64,000 nucleotides of DNA from Minisyncoccia bacterium (GTDB lineage: Bacteria > Patescibacteriota > Minisyncoccia > Phycocordibacterales > UBA9973), in assembly GCA_965662335.1 (NCBI GenBank), contig CBFIGQ010000047.1:13131-77130 (forward strand), given 5' to 3'. Position 1 is the first letter of the stretch. Every line of letters starts with the position of its first letter. Shown piece by piece: positions 21,003 to 30,341 of this stretch. The translations under genes and the position numbers were made by a program. The notes beneath the pieces were generated by a model. The model did no database searches and had not been told where the DNA came from. It was given only the letters and a program-made list of their open reading frames with translations.

Positions 21003-21030
21003 AAAAATCCCGCTCCGGCGGGGTTTTTTA
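21003..21030 (+). terminator. Intrinsic terminator
   Basis: aaaaaatcccgc-tccg-gcggggtttttta. Confidence 0.85.
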
Positions 21031-21090
21031 TTGCGAACTGGGGATGTGCGTGGGATACTAGTAGTACCAATTACTAATAATTAATTTTTT

Positions 21091-21941
21091 ATGAAAAAAG
21101 CATTACTCGGAACACTTGCGGGTTTGTTGTCGGACTCACTATCGTACACACCCTTGCAATCAGTAGCACTCAAAAGCAGCTCGCATCGCTTCAGGCAAAT
21201 GTATCTGCTGTCCAGGGTGAAGCAAAATTAGACACTACTTCTTCTAGTAAAGGTGCAGAACAATATATCAGAGTAAGAATTGTAGGTGATCAGTGTGAAG
21301 TTACTCGAGGAACTTCAGCTTTTAATACCACTGTAACGTACTATCCTCTTAGTGGACCAAATCTCTGTACTACTATTGCTCAATTAGTTATGACTGTTAT
21401 AAATCATTCTACAGTAACAGGTCTAAAACTTAGTATCCCTGACTCAGCAACAATTATAAGTCAGAACGACAATTCATGTACATATTACACTCCGACAAAA
21501 GATGGATGGGCGAAAACTAACAAGACGATACTTCCTACAGGACAAAAGCTATGTCCTGCTCTTGATGTAGGAAATGCTACGTCTACAGCCGTTGCGGTGG
21601 ATTCATTTCTTAAAAGTATCGAAACGCAAAATGCTGCTGCAAAGGCCGTGATAGCAGATCCATATGCTTTTGCTAAAAAACTCTCGCAAACGATTGCTGG
21701 GTATCAGGCTATACAAAAAGATCCATCCGCATTCACTCGAGCAATGAGTGGGCCAGGTTTTGGGACACATGAAAACCCAGTGGCGGGGGACCTCATGTGT
21801 ATAGAAATTTCAGGTGTTGCCAATATGTTCTATTGGGATGCAGATAAAAAAGGGTGGATGTGGCTATCCTTTAACGCAAGTGGAAAATGTCCACCAGAAG
21901 AGCCAGAAATAAAAAATTACTACCTATTTGCACCATTCTAA
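21091..21941 (+). pseudogene. Secreted hypothetical protein gene with apparent frameshift near codon 11 (intact distal ORF 21390..21941)
   Basis: ATG at 21091 encodes MKKALLGTLAG... then stops after 46 codons. The adjacent frame continues, without a start codon, as FVVGLTIVHTLAISSTQKQ... into the 183-aa ORF. Joining the frames by a 1-nt shift around 21118-21130 gives a typical signal-anchor protein of about 283 aa. Confidence 0.4.
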
Positions 21942-21950
21942 TGCATGACA

Positions 21951-21976
21951 AAGCCCCGATAAACGGGGCTTTTTGC
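21951..21976 (+). terminator. Intrinsic terminator
   Basis: agccccg-ataaa-cggggcttttt. Confidence 0.85.
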
Positions 21977-22003
21977 TAGGGGTCGGGATATACACATATA
22001 TGC

Positions 22004-22032
22004 TTGACACTCTGTAGGTCATCGTCTATACT
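22004..22032 (+). promoter_or_regulatory. Consensus sigma70 promoter upstream of 23S rRNA
   Basis: TTGACA (22004-22009), 17-nt spacer, TATACT (22027-22032). Confidence 0.7.
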
Positions 22033-22097
22033 CTTTCCACTTATGAAGTTTTCTACGAAAAACCAATCGTAACGGCGGCTGCCCTTGCTTTTGGACG

Positions 22098-22120
22098 GCC
22101 GCCCGAGAGGCGGTTTTTTC
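22098..22120 (+). promoter_or_regulatory. Terminator-like hairpin plus T6 inside the 23S leader (possible attenuator or sRNA 3' end)
   Basis: ccgcc-cgagag-gcgg followed by tttttt about 65 nt downstream of the -10; preceded by a GC-rich hairpin ggcggc...gccgcc. Confidence 0.4.
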
Positions 22121-22145
22121 GTCAAAAAACCAATCATATGTTCGT

Positions 22146-22160
22146 TGTTTAACAACACAA
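22146..22160 (+). promoter_or_regulatory. boxA-like antitermination element in 23S leader
   Basis: tgtttaacaacac resembles rrn boxA consensus (gCTCTTTAACAA). Confidence 0.4.
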
Positions 22161-22840
22161 TCCTGTCCCTCTGGTTATCTTCAAATAACTGCAGGAGAGG
22201 AGACAGTAGTACTGGATCAGCTCGAGCGGTCGAGCGAAGTCTGGTACGAACCCGCCTGATTCTCGGAGAGAGCTCTGGCGGGCATGATTTCTAGATTTCC
22301 TAATAGGAAATCAAGAGCATATGGTGGATGCCTAGGTTCTACATGGCGATGAAAGACGCGGGAGGCGGCGATACGCTTCGGGGAGGTGCCTACAAACCTT
22401 TGATCCGGAGATTTCTGAATGGGGAAACCCAATAGAGTAAACCTCTATTATCCCGACACATAAGTGGTCGGGGAGCGCACCCAGGGAAGTGAAACATCTC
22501 AGTACCTGGAGGAAAAGAAAAAAATGTTATGTATATAACGACATTCCCTAAGTAGCGGCGAGCGAAAAGGGACAAGCCCAAACCGGTGCATCATGGAGAC
22601 AATAAATTTATTTGTTGTCTCCATGATGCACCGGGGTTGTAAGGCAAAAGCGTCAATTTATTGAGAAGAGTTACAAAATGTATGTATAGAAGAAGTTGTT
22701 GGAAACCAACGCCATAGTGGGTGATAGCCCCGTAGTCGAAATGCATATATCTCTTTTGCTTTTGTTCTTGAGTACTTCCGGACACGAATAGCCGGGAGGA
22801 ATCCGCCAGAACTAACTGGTAAGGCTAAATACATTGTAGA

Positions 22841-22883
<43 letters not shown>

Positions 22884-24371
22884 TCCGAAAGGAGGGTGAA
22901 ATAGTACTGAAACCATATGCTTACAAGGAGTCGGAGCGGGTATTTATATCCGTCACGGCGTGCCTATTGAAGAATGAGCCAACGAGTTAATCTGTGCGGC
23001 TTGGCTAAGGTGTAAAGCACCGGAGCCGTAGGGAAACCAAGTGTGAATAGCGCGCAATTGGTCGTACAGATTAGACCCGAAGCCAGGTGAGCTATCCATG
23101 AGCAGGGTGAAGTTTGTCGAAAGACAGATGGAGGCCCGAACCGGTAAATCGTACAACGTTTTCGGATGACTTGTGGATTGGAGTGAAAAGCTAATCGAAC
23201 CTGGTAATAGCTGGTTCTCTCCGAAATAGCTTTAGGGTTAGCGTCACGTGTTCCCTTTGGGGGTAGAGCACTGGAAAGTTTCGACAGGGAGCAATCTCGC
23301 GACACTTATCAAACTCCGAATACCAAAGGTTAAGAACGTGGCAGTTAGTCTACGGGGGCTAAGCTCCGTCAGACAAAAGGGAAACAGCCCAGATCTCTAA
23401 ATAAGGTCCCTAAATCTGCACTCAGTACATCATAAGGATGTGAGATTTCTCTGACAATGAGGAAGTTGGCTTAGAAGCAGCCATCTTTTAAAGAAAGCGT
23501 AACAGCTCACTCATCGAGAGATCTTGCGCCGCAGATAATCGGGGTTAAGTGCAGTACCGAATTTGAGGGCTTGTAGATTTCATAAAGGAAAGAAAATTTT
23601 GGCGTGAGAAAGATTGGATACCAGATTGGCTCCACTTCTTTCTCTGCCAATCTAATTCCTTTTTTTATGAAATCTATAAGCGGTAGGAGAGTATTCCACT
23701 CTTGCTGTGAAGGCAAAGGCGTGAGCCATGCTGGAGCGTGTGGAAGTAAGAATGTTGGCACAAGTAACCGCAAGTCGGGTGAGAAACCCGGCCGCCGAAA
23801 GACTAAGGTTTCCTGGGTAACGGTTATCGTCCCAGGGTTAGTCGGGGCCTAAGGTGATGGCGAGAGCCGCAACCGATGGACAGTGGGTTAATATTCCCAC
23901 ACTTCTATTGTATTCGATGGAGGGACGAAGGGTAGTAACATATGCCTCTTATTGGATTGAGGTAGACATAGAGCGCAGGTAGGATAGGTAAATCCGTCTT
24001 ACAATACTGTCAACTATGGCTCGTGCGAAGCTACGGCTTAGCGAAGATATGTGAGCACGCTTCCGAGAAAAGCTTCTAAGATTAGTACAGTAGAACCCGT
24101 ACCGTAAACCGACACAGGTAGTCAGGTCGAGTAGACCAAGGCGAACGAGTGAGGGATCCCCAAGGAACTCGGCAAAAAAGCAGCCGTAACTTCGGGATAA
24201 GGCTTGCCGGCAGCAATGTCGGCCGCAGCGAAAGTATTCCTGGCAACTGTTTATCAAAAACACAGCTCCCTGCGAACTCGTAAGAGGATGTATAGGGGGT
24301 GACACCTGACCAATGCCAGAAGGTTAACCAACGGTGGTGCGATTATATCAAGCTGGCTGTTGTAAGCCCTG

Positions 24372-24406
<35 letters not shown>

Positions 24407-24615
24407 TTTGCATTTCAACCTCGTTGGAATGCAAAACGGACTAGGACTGTCTATAGAAAACGATAAACAATTTAAAAGAATAATCATTACATTTCAAGCT
24501 ACCTTTCATAGCGTAATCTATGAATAGTCCATTGTGATTAACGAGAGACCAACGTCACAGTTCCGACCCTTGTAAAAGGAGGAATAAGAGAGAGTCCAAC
24601 TGAGAGGAATAGTTG
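24407..24615 (+). other. About 209-nt ORF-less insertion in 23S between CCTAAGGT and AGCGAAATTCC (E. coli ~1917 region); group I intron-like
   Basis: Flanking exon sequence is contiguous in other 23S rRNAs; upstream exon ends in T and insert ends in G, as for group I introns; no ORF. Confidence 0.5.
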
Positions 24616-25274
24616 AGCGAAATTCCTTGTCGGGTAAGTTCCGACGCGCACGAATGGTGTAATGACTGGGAAACTGTCTCGGGGATTTGCTCGGTGAAAA
24701 TACAGTACCGGTGAAGATGCCGGTTACCTGCAGTTAGACGAAAAGACCCTAGAAGCTTTACTACAACTTGGTATTGGGCATGTTCTAGTACTACGTAGCA
24801 TAGGAAGGAGACTTTGAAGCGCCGCTTTCGGGCCGCGTGGAGTCGTCAGTGAAATACTTCTTTGTACGTGGGCATGTCCTAACCAGCGCGGCAAAAACGA
24901 GCTGGAACAGTGCCTGGTGGGTAGTTTTACTGGGGCGGTATCCTCCCAAAAAGTAACGGAGGAGTTCAAAGGTAGGCTAGGCGCGAATGGAAACCGTGCC
25001 GATAGTGCAATGGCATAAGCCTGCTTGACTGTAAGGGGGACATCCCGAGCAGGTGCGAAAGCAGAACATAGTGAACCGACAATTCGCATTAGATGCGGTT
25101 GAAGATTAACGGATAGAAGCTACTCTAGGGATAACAGGCTAGTTCCGCCTAAGCGTCCATAGCGACGGCGGAGTTCGGCACCTCGATGTCGGCTCACCTT
25201 ATCCTGGGGCTGGAGAAGGTCCCAAAGGTTTGGCTGTTCGCCAATTAAAAAGGTACGCGAGCTGGGTTCAGACC

Positions 25275-25715
25275 GTGAGGAAGTGAAAAGTACTACCATG
25301 AAGTGTACGGAACGAAGGGATACGACTCTTGTTTGCGTGATACTCATGAGTTCAAGTCTCTTTTGACTGACTCACCGTCTGAATCCTTGAGGAAATTTTT
25401 TGAAATGTTTTTTATAAAAACATTCACATATAAAATATGTTTTAGTCTTTTCGTCTAATAAGGTTAAAGCTCGTGTTCTCTTCTGCAAAGAGTACATGAG
25501 AGAAAGATAGTAATAAAAGAAACCAATCAGTTACGGCGGCTTCATATGGAGACATATGAAGTATGCTCAACTAATATCGGTGAAGGCCTTATGGGTTAAC
25601 ACCGAGGGAACCGTAAGGGCCCGTAGAGACTACAACTACGTTGAGGCACTCATGAAGTGCAAGATATAGTCCATTCCATACAGTAATGTGTGAATAAGAA
25701 GCGTAAGACAGGTTG
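25275..25715 (+). other. About 440-nt ORF-less insertion in 23S between GGGTTcAGAcC and CGTaAGACAGgTtGG (E. coli ~2585-2593 region); group I intron-like
   Basis: Conserved flanks interrupted at a classical rRNA intron site; exact boundaries ambiguous by a few nt; no ORF above 60 aa. Confidence 0.5.
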
Positions 25716-26042
25716 GTCTCCTATCTACTGCAGGCGTTGATACTTGAAGAAATTCGCTCCTAGTACGAGAGGACCGGAGTGAACGAACCTCTGGTGTACG
25801 GGCTCTAGTGCCAACTGGACCGCCCGGTAGCTATGTTCGGAATGGATAACCTCTGAAAGCATCTAAGAGGGAAGCCAGTTCTAAGATGAGGTATCGTCAA
25901 GGGCCGTAAGAGATGATTACGTTGATAGGCACCAAGTGTACGCGTAGTAATGCGCTCAGCTGAGGTGTACTAATTGCCCGACTCCTATTAGGAAATCTGG
26001 AAATCATAAATAAGAAAAGAAAAAATAATTCGAGCGCACTGT

Positions 26043-26151
<109 letters not shown>

Positions 26152-26187
26152 GTGCGCTTGAATACATTTTCAAAAAACATCAAACGA

Positions 26188-26210
26188 TCACCCGAGAGGG
26201 TGGTTTTTTG
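26188..26210 (+). terminator. Intrinsic terminator after 5S
   Basis: caccc-gaga-gggtgg followed by T6. Confidence 0.85.
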
Positions 26211-26244
26211 CTTAGGTTGACCACGCGCATTAAAGGAGATACTA

Positions 26245-26444
26245 TGATTATTTTACTATCAGGAGATGGAGATTATAAATTACTGGTTGATTTTCTAATT
26301 GAGGAAAATAAGTTTGAGAAAATACTGTTTCCTGATAGAAGTAGGGCGTCTTCGCTGTACAAGAAAATAGGCGCAACGTATTTTGATGCCCTAGATGGGA
26401 CTGATGTGCGGAATAAAATTGAGCAAAAGAAAAAGCCTCCTTAG
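26245..26444 (+). pseudogene. NYN-domain (LabA/DUF88-like) nuclease gene remnant, C-terminal half only
   Basis: MIILLSGDGDYKLLVDFLIEENKFEKILFP... matches the C-terminal NYN segment (hhhhSxDsD motif) of the full NYN gene at 62242-62865; the upstream reading frame runs through the 5S/terminator so the N-terminal half is missing. Confidence 0.45.
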
Positions 26445-26552
26445 GTAGCTAGCCGTTCGGAACCTCTTTCGTCGCAATGAGTACATGTTAGCAAATTGAT
26501 GTAAAAAGTTAAGTCGTTGACACGAAGTGTCGGGGGGGGGTACTATTTTGGT

Positions 26553-27020
26553 ATGAAATATATTATATGGGGATTAATCGCAATTGTTATTTTGTGTGGA
26601 GCGGTATTGATACGCAACTATCATCCTGATGGCACTGTACAGACCGCTGCAGCAACTCCTTTGACTAACAAAAGATTTACTCAAGGCACGACGGTCGTAC
26701 CAGTAGTGTCAAATGATACCCTTGCCCTAGATGCATTCATTGCTCAAATTCCAACTATCACTACCAAACTCCAATCAATTTCAAAAGACCCAGCATCTTT
26801 CAAGGCAAATCTTCAAAAGGCTCAAGAAGCAGGAAGAGCTCCCTACATCAATATTGCAGCACTGTATGGCTATTGGGCTATCGTCGGTACGTTTACAACA
26901 TCTGGGGGCGAGACTTGTGGAAATGTCATGGTACCTGCGAATAATCAAATAGTGACCGAGGCTGGTCCGGGAACATGCCTCGTTTGGGGGTGGGTTTTGT
27001 ACCCATGGTGGCTGCCATAA
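26553..27020 (+). CDS. Secreted/membrane-anchored hypothetical protein
   Basis: Start at MKYIIWGLIAIVILCGAVLI (signal anchor); shares a short KDP(S/A)AF block with the 21390 protein; G9 homopolymer just upstream of this start. Confidence 0.4.
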   Translation: MKYIIWGLIAIVILCGAVLIRNYHPDGTVQTAAATPLTNKRFTQGTTVVPVVSNDTLALDAFIAQIPTITTKLQSISKDPASFKANLQKAQEAGRAPYINIAALYGYWAIVGTFTTSGGETCGNVMVPANNQIVTEAGPGTCLVWGWVLYPWWLP

Positions 27021-27107
27021 TTCCCCCAAATCTTACTTCCAAGAAAAGTAGTCAAAGATCTTTTTATCAAGCAATAATATGGAGGGTAATCCTCCGGAGA
27101 TACAAAA

Positions 27108-27132
27108 ATCCATCCGCAAGGGTGGTTTTTTG
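27108..27132 (+). terminator. Intrinsic terminator
   Basis: ccatcc-gcaa-gggtgg followed by T6. Confidence 0.8.
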
Positions 27133-27171
27133 TTTTGCTAAAACAACGCAGAAAATGTATAATCTCGGTAT

Positions 27172-27783
27172 ATGAATATGATGGAAAAAATGAACTCAGG
27201 GGAGAATAGTGGCTTACTAGAAAGTCTAAAACAAAAATTAAAAAAGCTTCAGACTGTCGCAATGCTCGCGGGCTCTGTGTTTCTTGCCCAAGAAACATTT
27301 GCGCAAAGTACAACCGAAGAGATGTCCACCATACTAGGTGATGCAAAAAAAGTTGAGCTTTCTAGTGAGGGTGTCGAAAATGTCAATAAACTCCATCATT
27401 CCATTGATAGTCTTTTGAGTGTATTAGAGAATCAAGTCTTAAAAGATGCTTCAACAAAAGAAGTTGATTTTTCAGTCTACGGATTTAAGCCAGATATGGG
27501 AAATCATCGTGTGTATGACTACAAAGGTGTTTCAATTGGAACTGGTGATGTGAAAACTTTTTCCTTCAAAAGCGGACCCGATCATTTTAATTACGGATCA
27601 AATGGGGAAGATAATTGCTCTCTAATGAAAGATAATGAATCAGATTCAGAAACAGTCATATATAACGAATCAAAAGGCTTATATTCTATTGATCCTATAA
27701 AAGAAAATACTGCTTCAGAATTTGAAAAAAATCTGCAAGAAGTAAAAGATAAAGTTCAAGCGGTAATTGACGAAGTAAGATAA
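27172..27783 (+). CDS. Secreted hypothetical protein
   Basis: N-terminal signal region (LQTVAMLAGSVFLAQETFAQS), no known domain. Confidence 0.45.
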   Translation: MNMMEKMNSGENSGLLESLKQKLKKLQTVAMLAGSVFLAQETFAQSTTEEMSTILGDAKKVELSSEGVENVNKLHHSIDSLLSVLENQVLKDASTKEVDFSVYGFKPDMGNHRVYDYKGVSIGTGDVKTFSFKSGPDHFNYGSNGEDNCSLMKDNESDSETVIYNESKGLYSIDPIKENTASEFEKNLQEVKDKVQAVIDEVR

Positions 27784-27790
27784 ACAATAA

Positions 27791-27814
27791 ATCACCCGCA
27801 AAGGTGGTTTTTTG
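27791..27814 (+). terminator. Intrinsic terminator
   Basis: tcacc-cgcaaa-ggtgg followed by T6. Confidence 0.8.
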
Positions 27815-27827
27815 CTATACTACCTCC

Positions 27828-28607
27828 ATGAATTGGGCGCAGAGGCGGAAATTGGCATATGTGATGGGGGTACTACTCGTGCTTGCAGGGCTTTTGTCGC
27901 TTGTTGTGCGCCAGGCAACCAAGGAAGCGCCGACCTGCTACGACCGCAAGCAAAACCAAGGCGAAGTCGGAGTCGACTGTGGTGGACCATGCACATTTTA
28001 TTGTCAAAACGAACTTGCAGACCCCAAAGTTCGCTGGACGCGCGCATTTACTATCCGTCCCGGCGTTGTGCATGCTGTCGCATACATCGAGCATAGCTAC
28101 CCAGCTGCGGCAGCACGAAGGATGAACTACACGTTTAAAATATATGATGATAACAACACGCTCATTGGTGAGCGCACTGGCTCGACGTATCTCGGTCCGA
28201 TGGGACGCACCGCAGTCATCGAGACACTGATCCAAACAGGAAATGTTGCGCCAGCACTTGTGCGCTTTAGTATCACACCACCACTTCCATGGGAGAAGAT
28301 CCCGGTGGAGTTCTCACAGGTCGTCATTAAGACCGACCAGACACTCCTTGAGCCGCTTGAGAAAAGCACGCGCCTCACTGCGACAATAGAAAACACTTCT
28401 CGCTATTCCTTTAAAGACATGGACGTAGTCGCAATACTCTATGACAAAGACGACAACGCTATCACTGTCTCAAGCTCAAAGCTCGCCTCACTGTCGGGTG
28501 AGAGTTCTGCAACTCTTGTCTTTACGTGGCCATTTGTCATGCCGACTGGTGTTGCGCGTATCGAGATAGTGCCGCGCTTTAATCCCTTTACGGCGACAAA
28601 GCTATGA
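27828..28607 (+). CDS. Membrane-anchored hypothetical protein upstream of the SEDS gene
   Basis: Start at MNWAQRRKLAYVMGVLLVLAGLL; periplasmic Cys cluster CYDRKQNQGEVGVDCGGPCTFYC; stop overlaps start of next gene. Confidence 0.45.
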   Translation: MNWAQRRKLAYVMGVLLVLAGLLSLVVRQATKEAPTCYDRKQNQGEVGVDCGGPCTFYCQNELADPKVRWTRAFTIRPGVVHAVAYIEHSYPAAAARRMNYTFKIYDDNNTLIGERTGSTYLGPMGRTAVIETLIQTGNVAPALVRFSITPPLPWEKIPVEFSQVVIKTDQTLLEPLEKSTRLTATIENTSRYSFKDMDVVAILYDKDDNAITVSSSKLASLSGESSATLVFTWPFVMPTGVARIEIVPRFNPFTATKL

Positions 28608-29737
28608 TGAAGGCATTTCATAATAGTACGCGAGGGATAGACTGGGTGCTTGTTGGTTCTATTATTCCGCTCCTTCTCGGAAGTATTGCGACAATGACGA
28701 GCTTTGGGGGAGATAGATCATTTTTCAACCATCAGCTTTTGTGGGTAGGGGTTGCGCTCGCGCTTATGTTTATAATTGCACGTATTGATATGCGCTTTTT
28801 TCGGGATTCTCGATATATTTCGCTCTTGTATATGGGGGCACTCGGACTGTTAGTCCTTGTACTGATTGTGGGAAAAACAGTGAAGGGGGCGCAAAGCTGG
28901 TTTAGTTTTGGAAGTTTTTCATTTCAACCCACCGATATCGTCAAGCTGGTCGTGATAGCAGTGCTTGCCAAATACTTTGCAAGGCGCCATGTCGAGATAG
29001 CACGCCTGAAGCACCTCTTTGTGTCAGCGCTCTACGCGCTTATTCCGATAGGACTCATCATGCTCCAGCCTGACTTTGGGTCTGCAATGGTCGTCGCGGC
29101 TATCTGGCTCGGTATGGCGCTTGTTGCGGGTATTAAAAAGAGACATATTTTGCTCGTGTTTGGGGCAGCACTTGTTACCTTTTTAGTAGCGTGGTTTGCG
29201 CTGTTTAAGCCGTACCAAAAGGCACGCATTGAAACCTTTATCAACCCGACGTCTGATATACGCGGCAGCGGCTACAATGCCTACCAGTCAGTGATTGCTG
29301 TGGGATCAGGGGGAATACTGGGAAAAGGGTTTGGATACGGCACGCAGAGTCGCCTCAATTATCTGCCTGAGTATCAAACAGACTTTATCTTTGCGGCGTT
29401 TGCCGAAGAGTGGGGACTGTTTGGGGCACTTATTGTCATTGCGAGTTTTTGCGTATTTGTGTGGCGGATACTTTTGCATGCGCGGCGCGGCGCATCCAAC
29501 TTTGAGACACTGTTTTGTGCGGGGTATGCGATCTGTATCTTTAGTCATGTCATTGTAAATATCGGGATGAATATCGGGATCATGCCGGTCACCGGTATTC
29601 CGCTTCCGTTTATGAGTTATGGCGGCTCACATTTGCTCGGAGAGAGTATTGGACTTGGTATCATACTCTCCATGGCTCGGTATGAGCGAGCAAGTCATCC
29701 TGACGACATGAACAATGAATTTTTTGGCTATGCATAA
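28604..29737 (+). CDS. SEDS family peptidoglycan glycosyltransferase (RodA/FtsW)
   Basis: 10-TM protein with conserved FtsW/RodA C-terminal motifs (GIMPVTGIPLPFMSYGGS). Confidence 0.85.
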   Translation: MMKAFHNSTRGIDWVLVGSIIPLLLGSIATMTSFGGDRSFFNHQLLWVGVALALMFIIARIDMRFFRDSRYISLLYMGALGLLVLVLIVGKTVKGAQSWFSFGSFSFQPTDIVKLVVIAVLAKYFARRHVEIARLKHLFVSALYALIPIGLIMLQPDFGSAMVVAAIWLGMALVAGIKKRHILLVFGAALVTFLVAWFALFKPYQKARIETFINPTSDIRGSGYNAYQSVIAVGSGGILGKGFGYGTQSRLNYLPEYQTDFIFAAFAEEWGLFGALIVIASFCVFVWRILLHARRGASNFETLFCAGYAICIFSHVIVNIGMNIGIMPVTGIPLPFMSYGGSHLLGESIGLGIILSMARYERASHPDDMNNEFFGYA

Positions 29738-30317
29738 TCTCAACGTACTCGTATTTTATTTTCTCAACGGCGCAGCCGAGGTGTACGGACCGCTTGATGC
29801 AGTCATGCTTTTTGTAACGACGTACGCGACACTTGTTGTTGGACTTGCGGTAACGCTGTGGATGGTGGTGTGGCTGCCTCTTAAGGCGCGAAGTGTTGGA
29901 GCAGAGCTTCGAGCGATACGGCACGCTCTTGAGTATCTATTTGTTGTTGGAGGGGTATATGTGTTGGTAAGCGCGGTAAAGGTCGTGACTCACATACCTC
30001 GACCATTTCTAGCGCTAGGTGATGTGCGCAGTCTTTCGCCACTCGAAGCTGGGTACTCATTTCCCTCGATGCATGCTGCGCTCATGGTGGGTATTGCGAC
30101 CCTCGTCTACCTGCACCACAAACGGACTGGGAAGCTCCTTGCGATATTTGCGGTCGCTGTCTCTATCTCTCGCGTATTTATCGGAGTGCATTATCCGAAG
30201 GATGTGTTTGTAGGAGGGATGCTCGGCTTTGCTATTTCTGCACTCCTTCATATTGCGTTTTGCAACATGCATAGCGATATAGTCAATGACGTTGCCGGAG
30301 CGGGCAAAACGCGTTAG
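29715..30317 (+). CDS. PAP2-family phosphatase (undecaprenyl-diphosphatase-like)
   Basis: PAP2 motifs KxxxxxxRP-like (HIPRPF), SFPSMH and SRVFIGVHYPKD. Confidence 0.7.
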   Translation: MNFLAMHNLNVLVFYFLNGAAEVYGPLDAVMLFVTTYATLVVGLAVTLWMVVWLPLKARSVGAELRAIRHALEYLFVVGGVYVLVSAVKVVTHIPRPFLALGDVRSLSPLEAGYSFPSMHAALMVGIATLVYLHHKRTGKLLAIFAVAVSISRVFIGVHYPKDVFVGGMLGFAISALLHIAFCNMHSDIVNDVAGAGKTR

Positions 30318-30341
30318 AATGCGCAGACTAACCCTATATTT

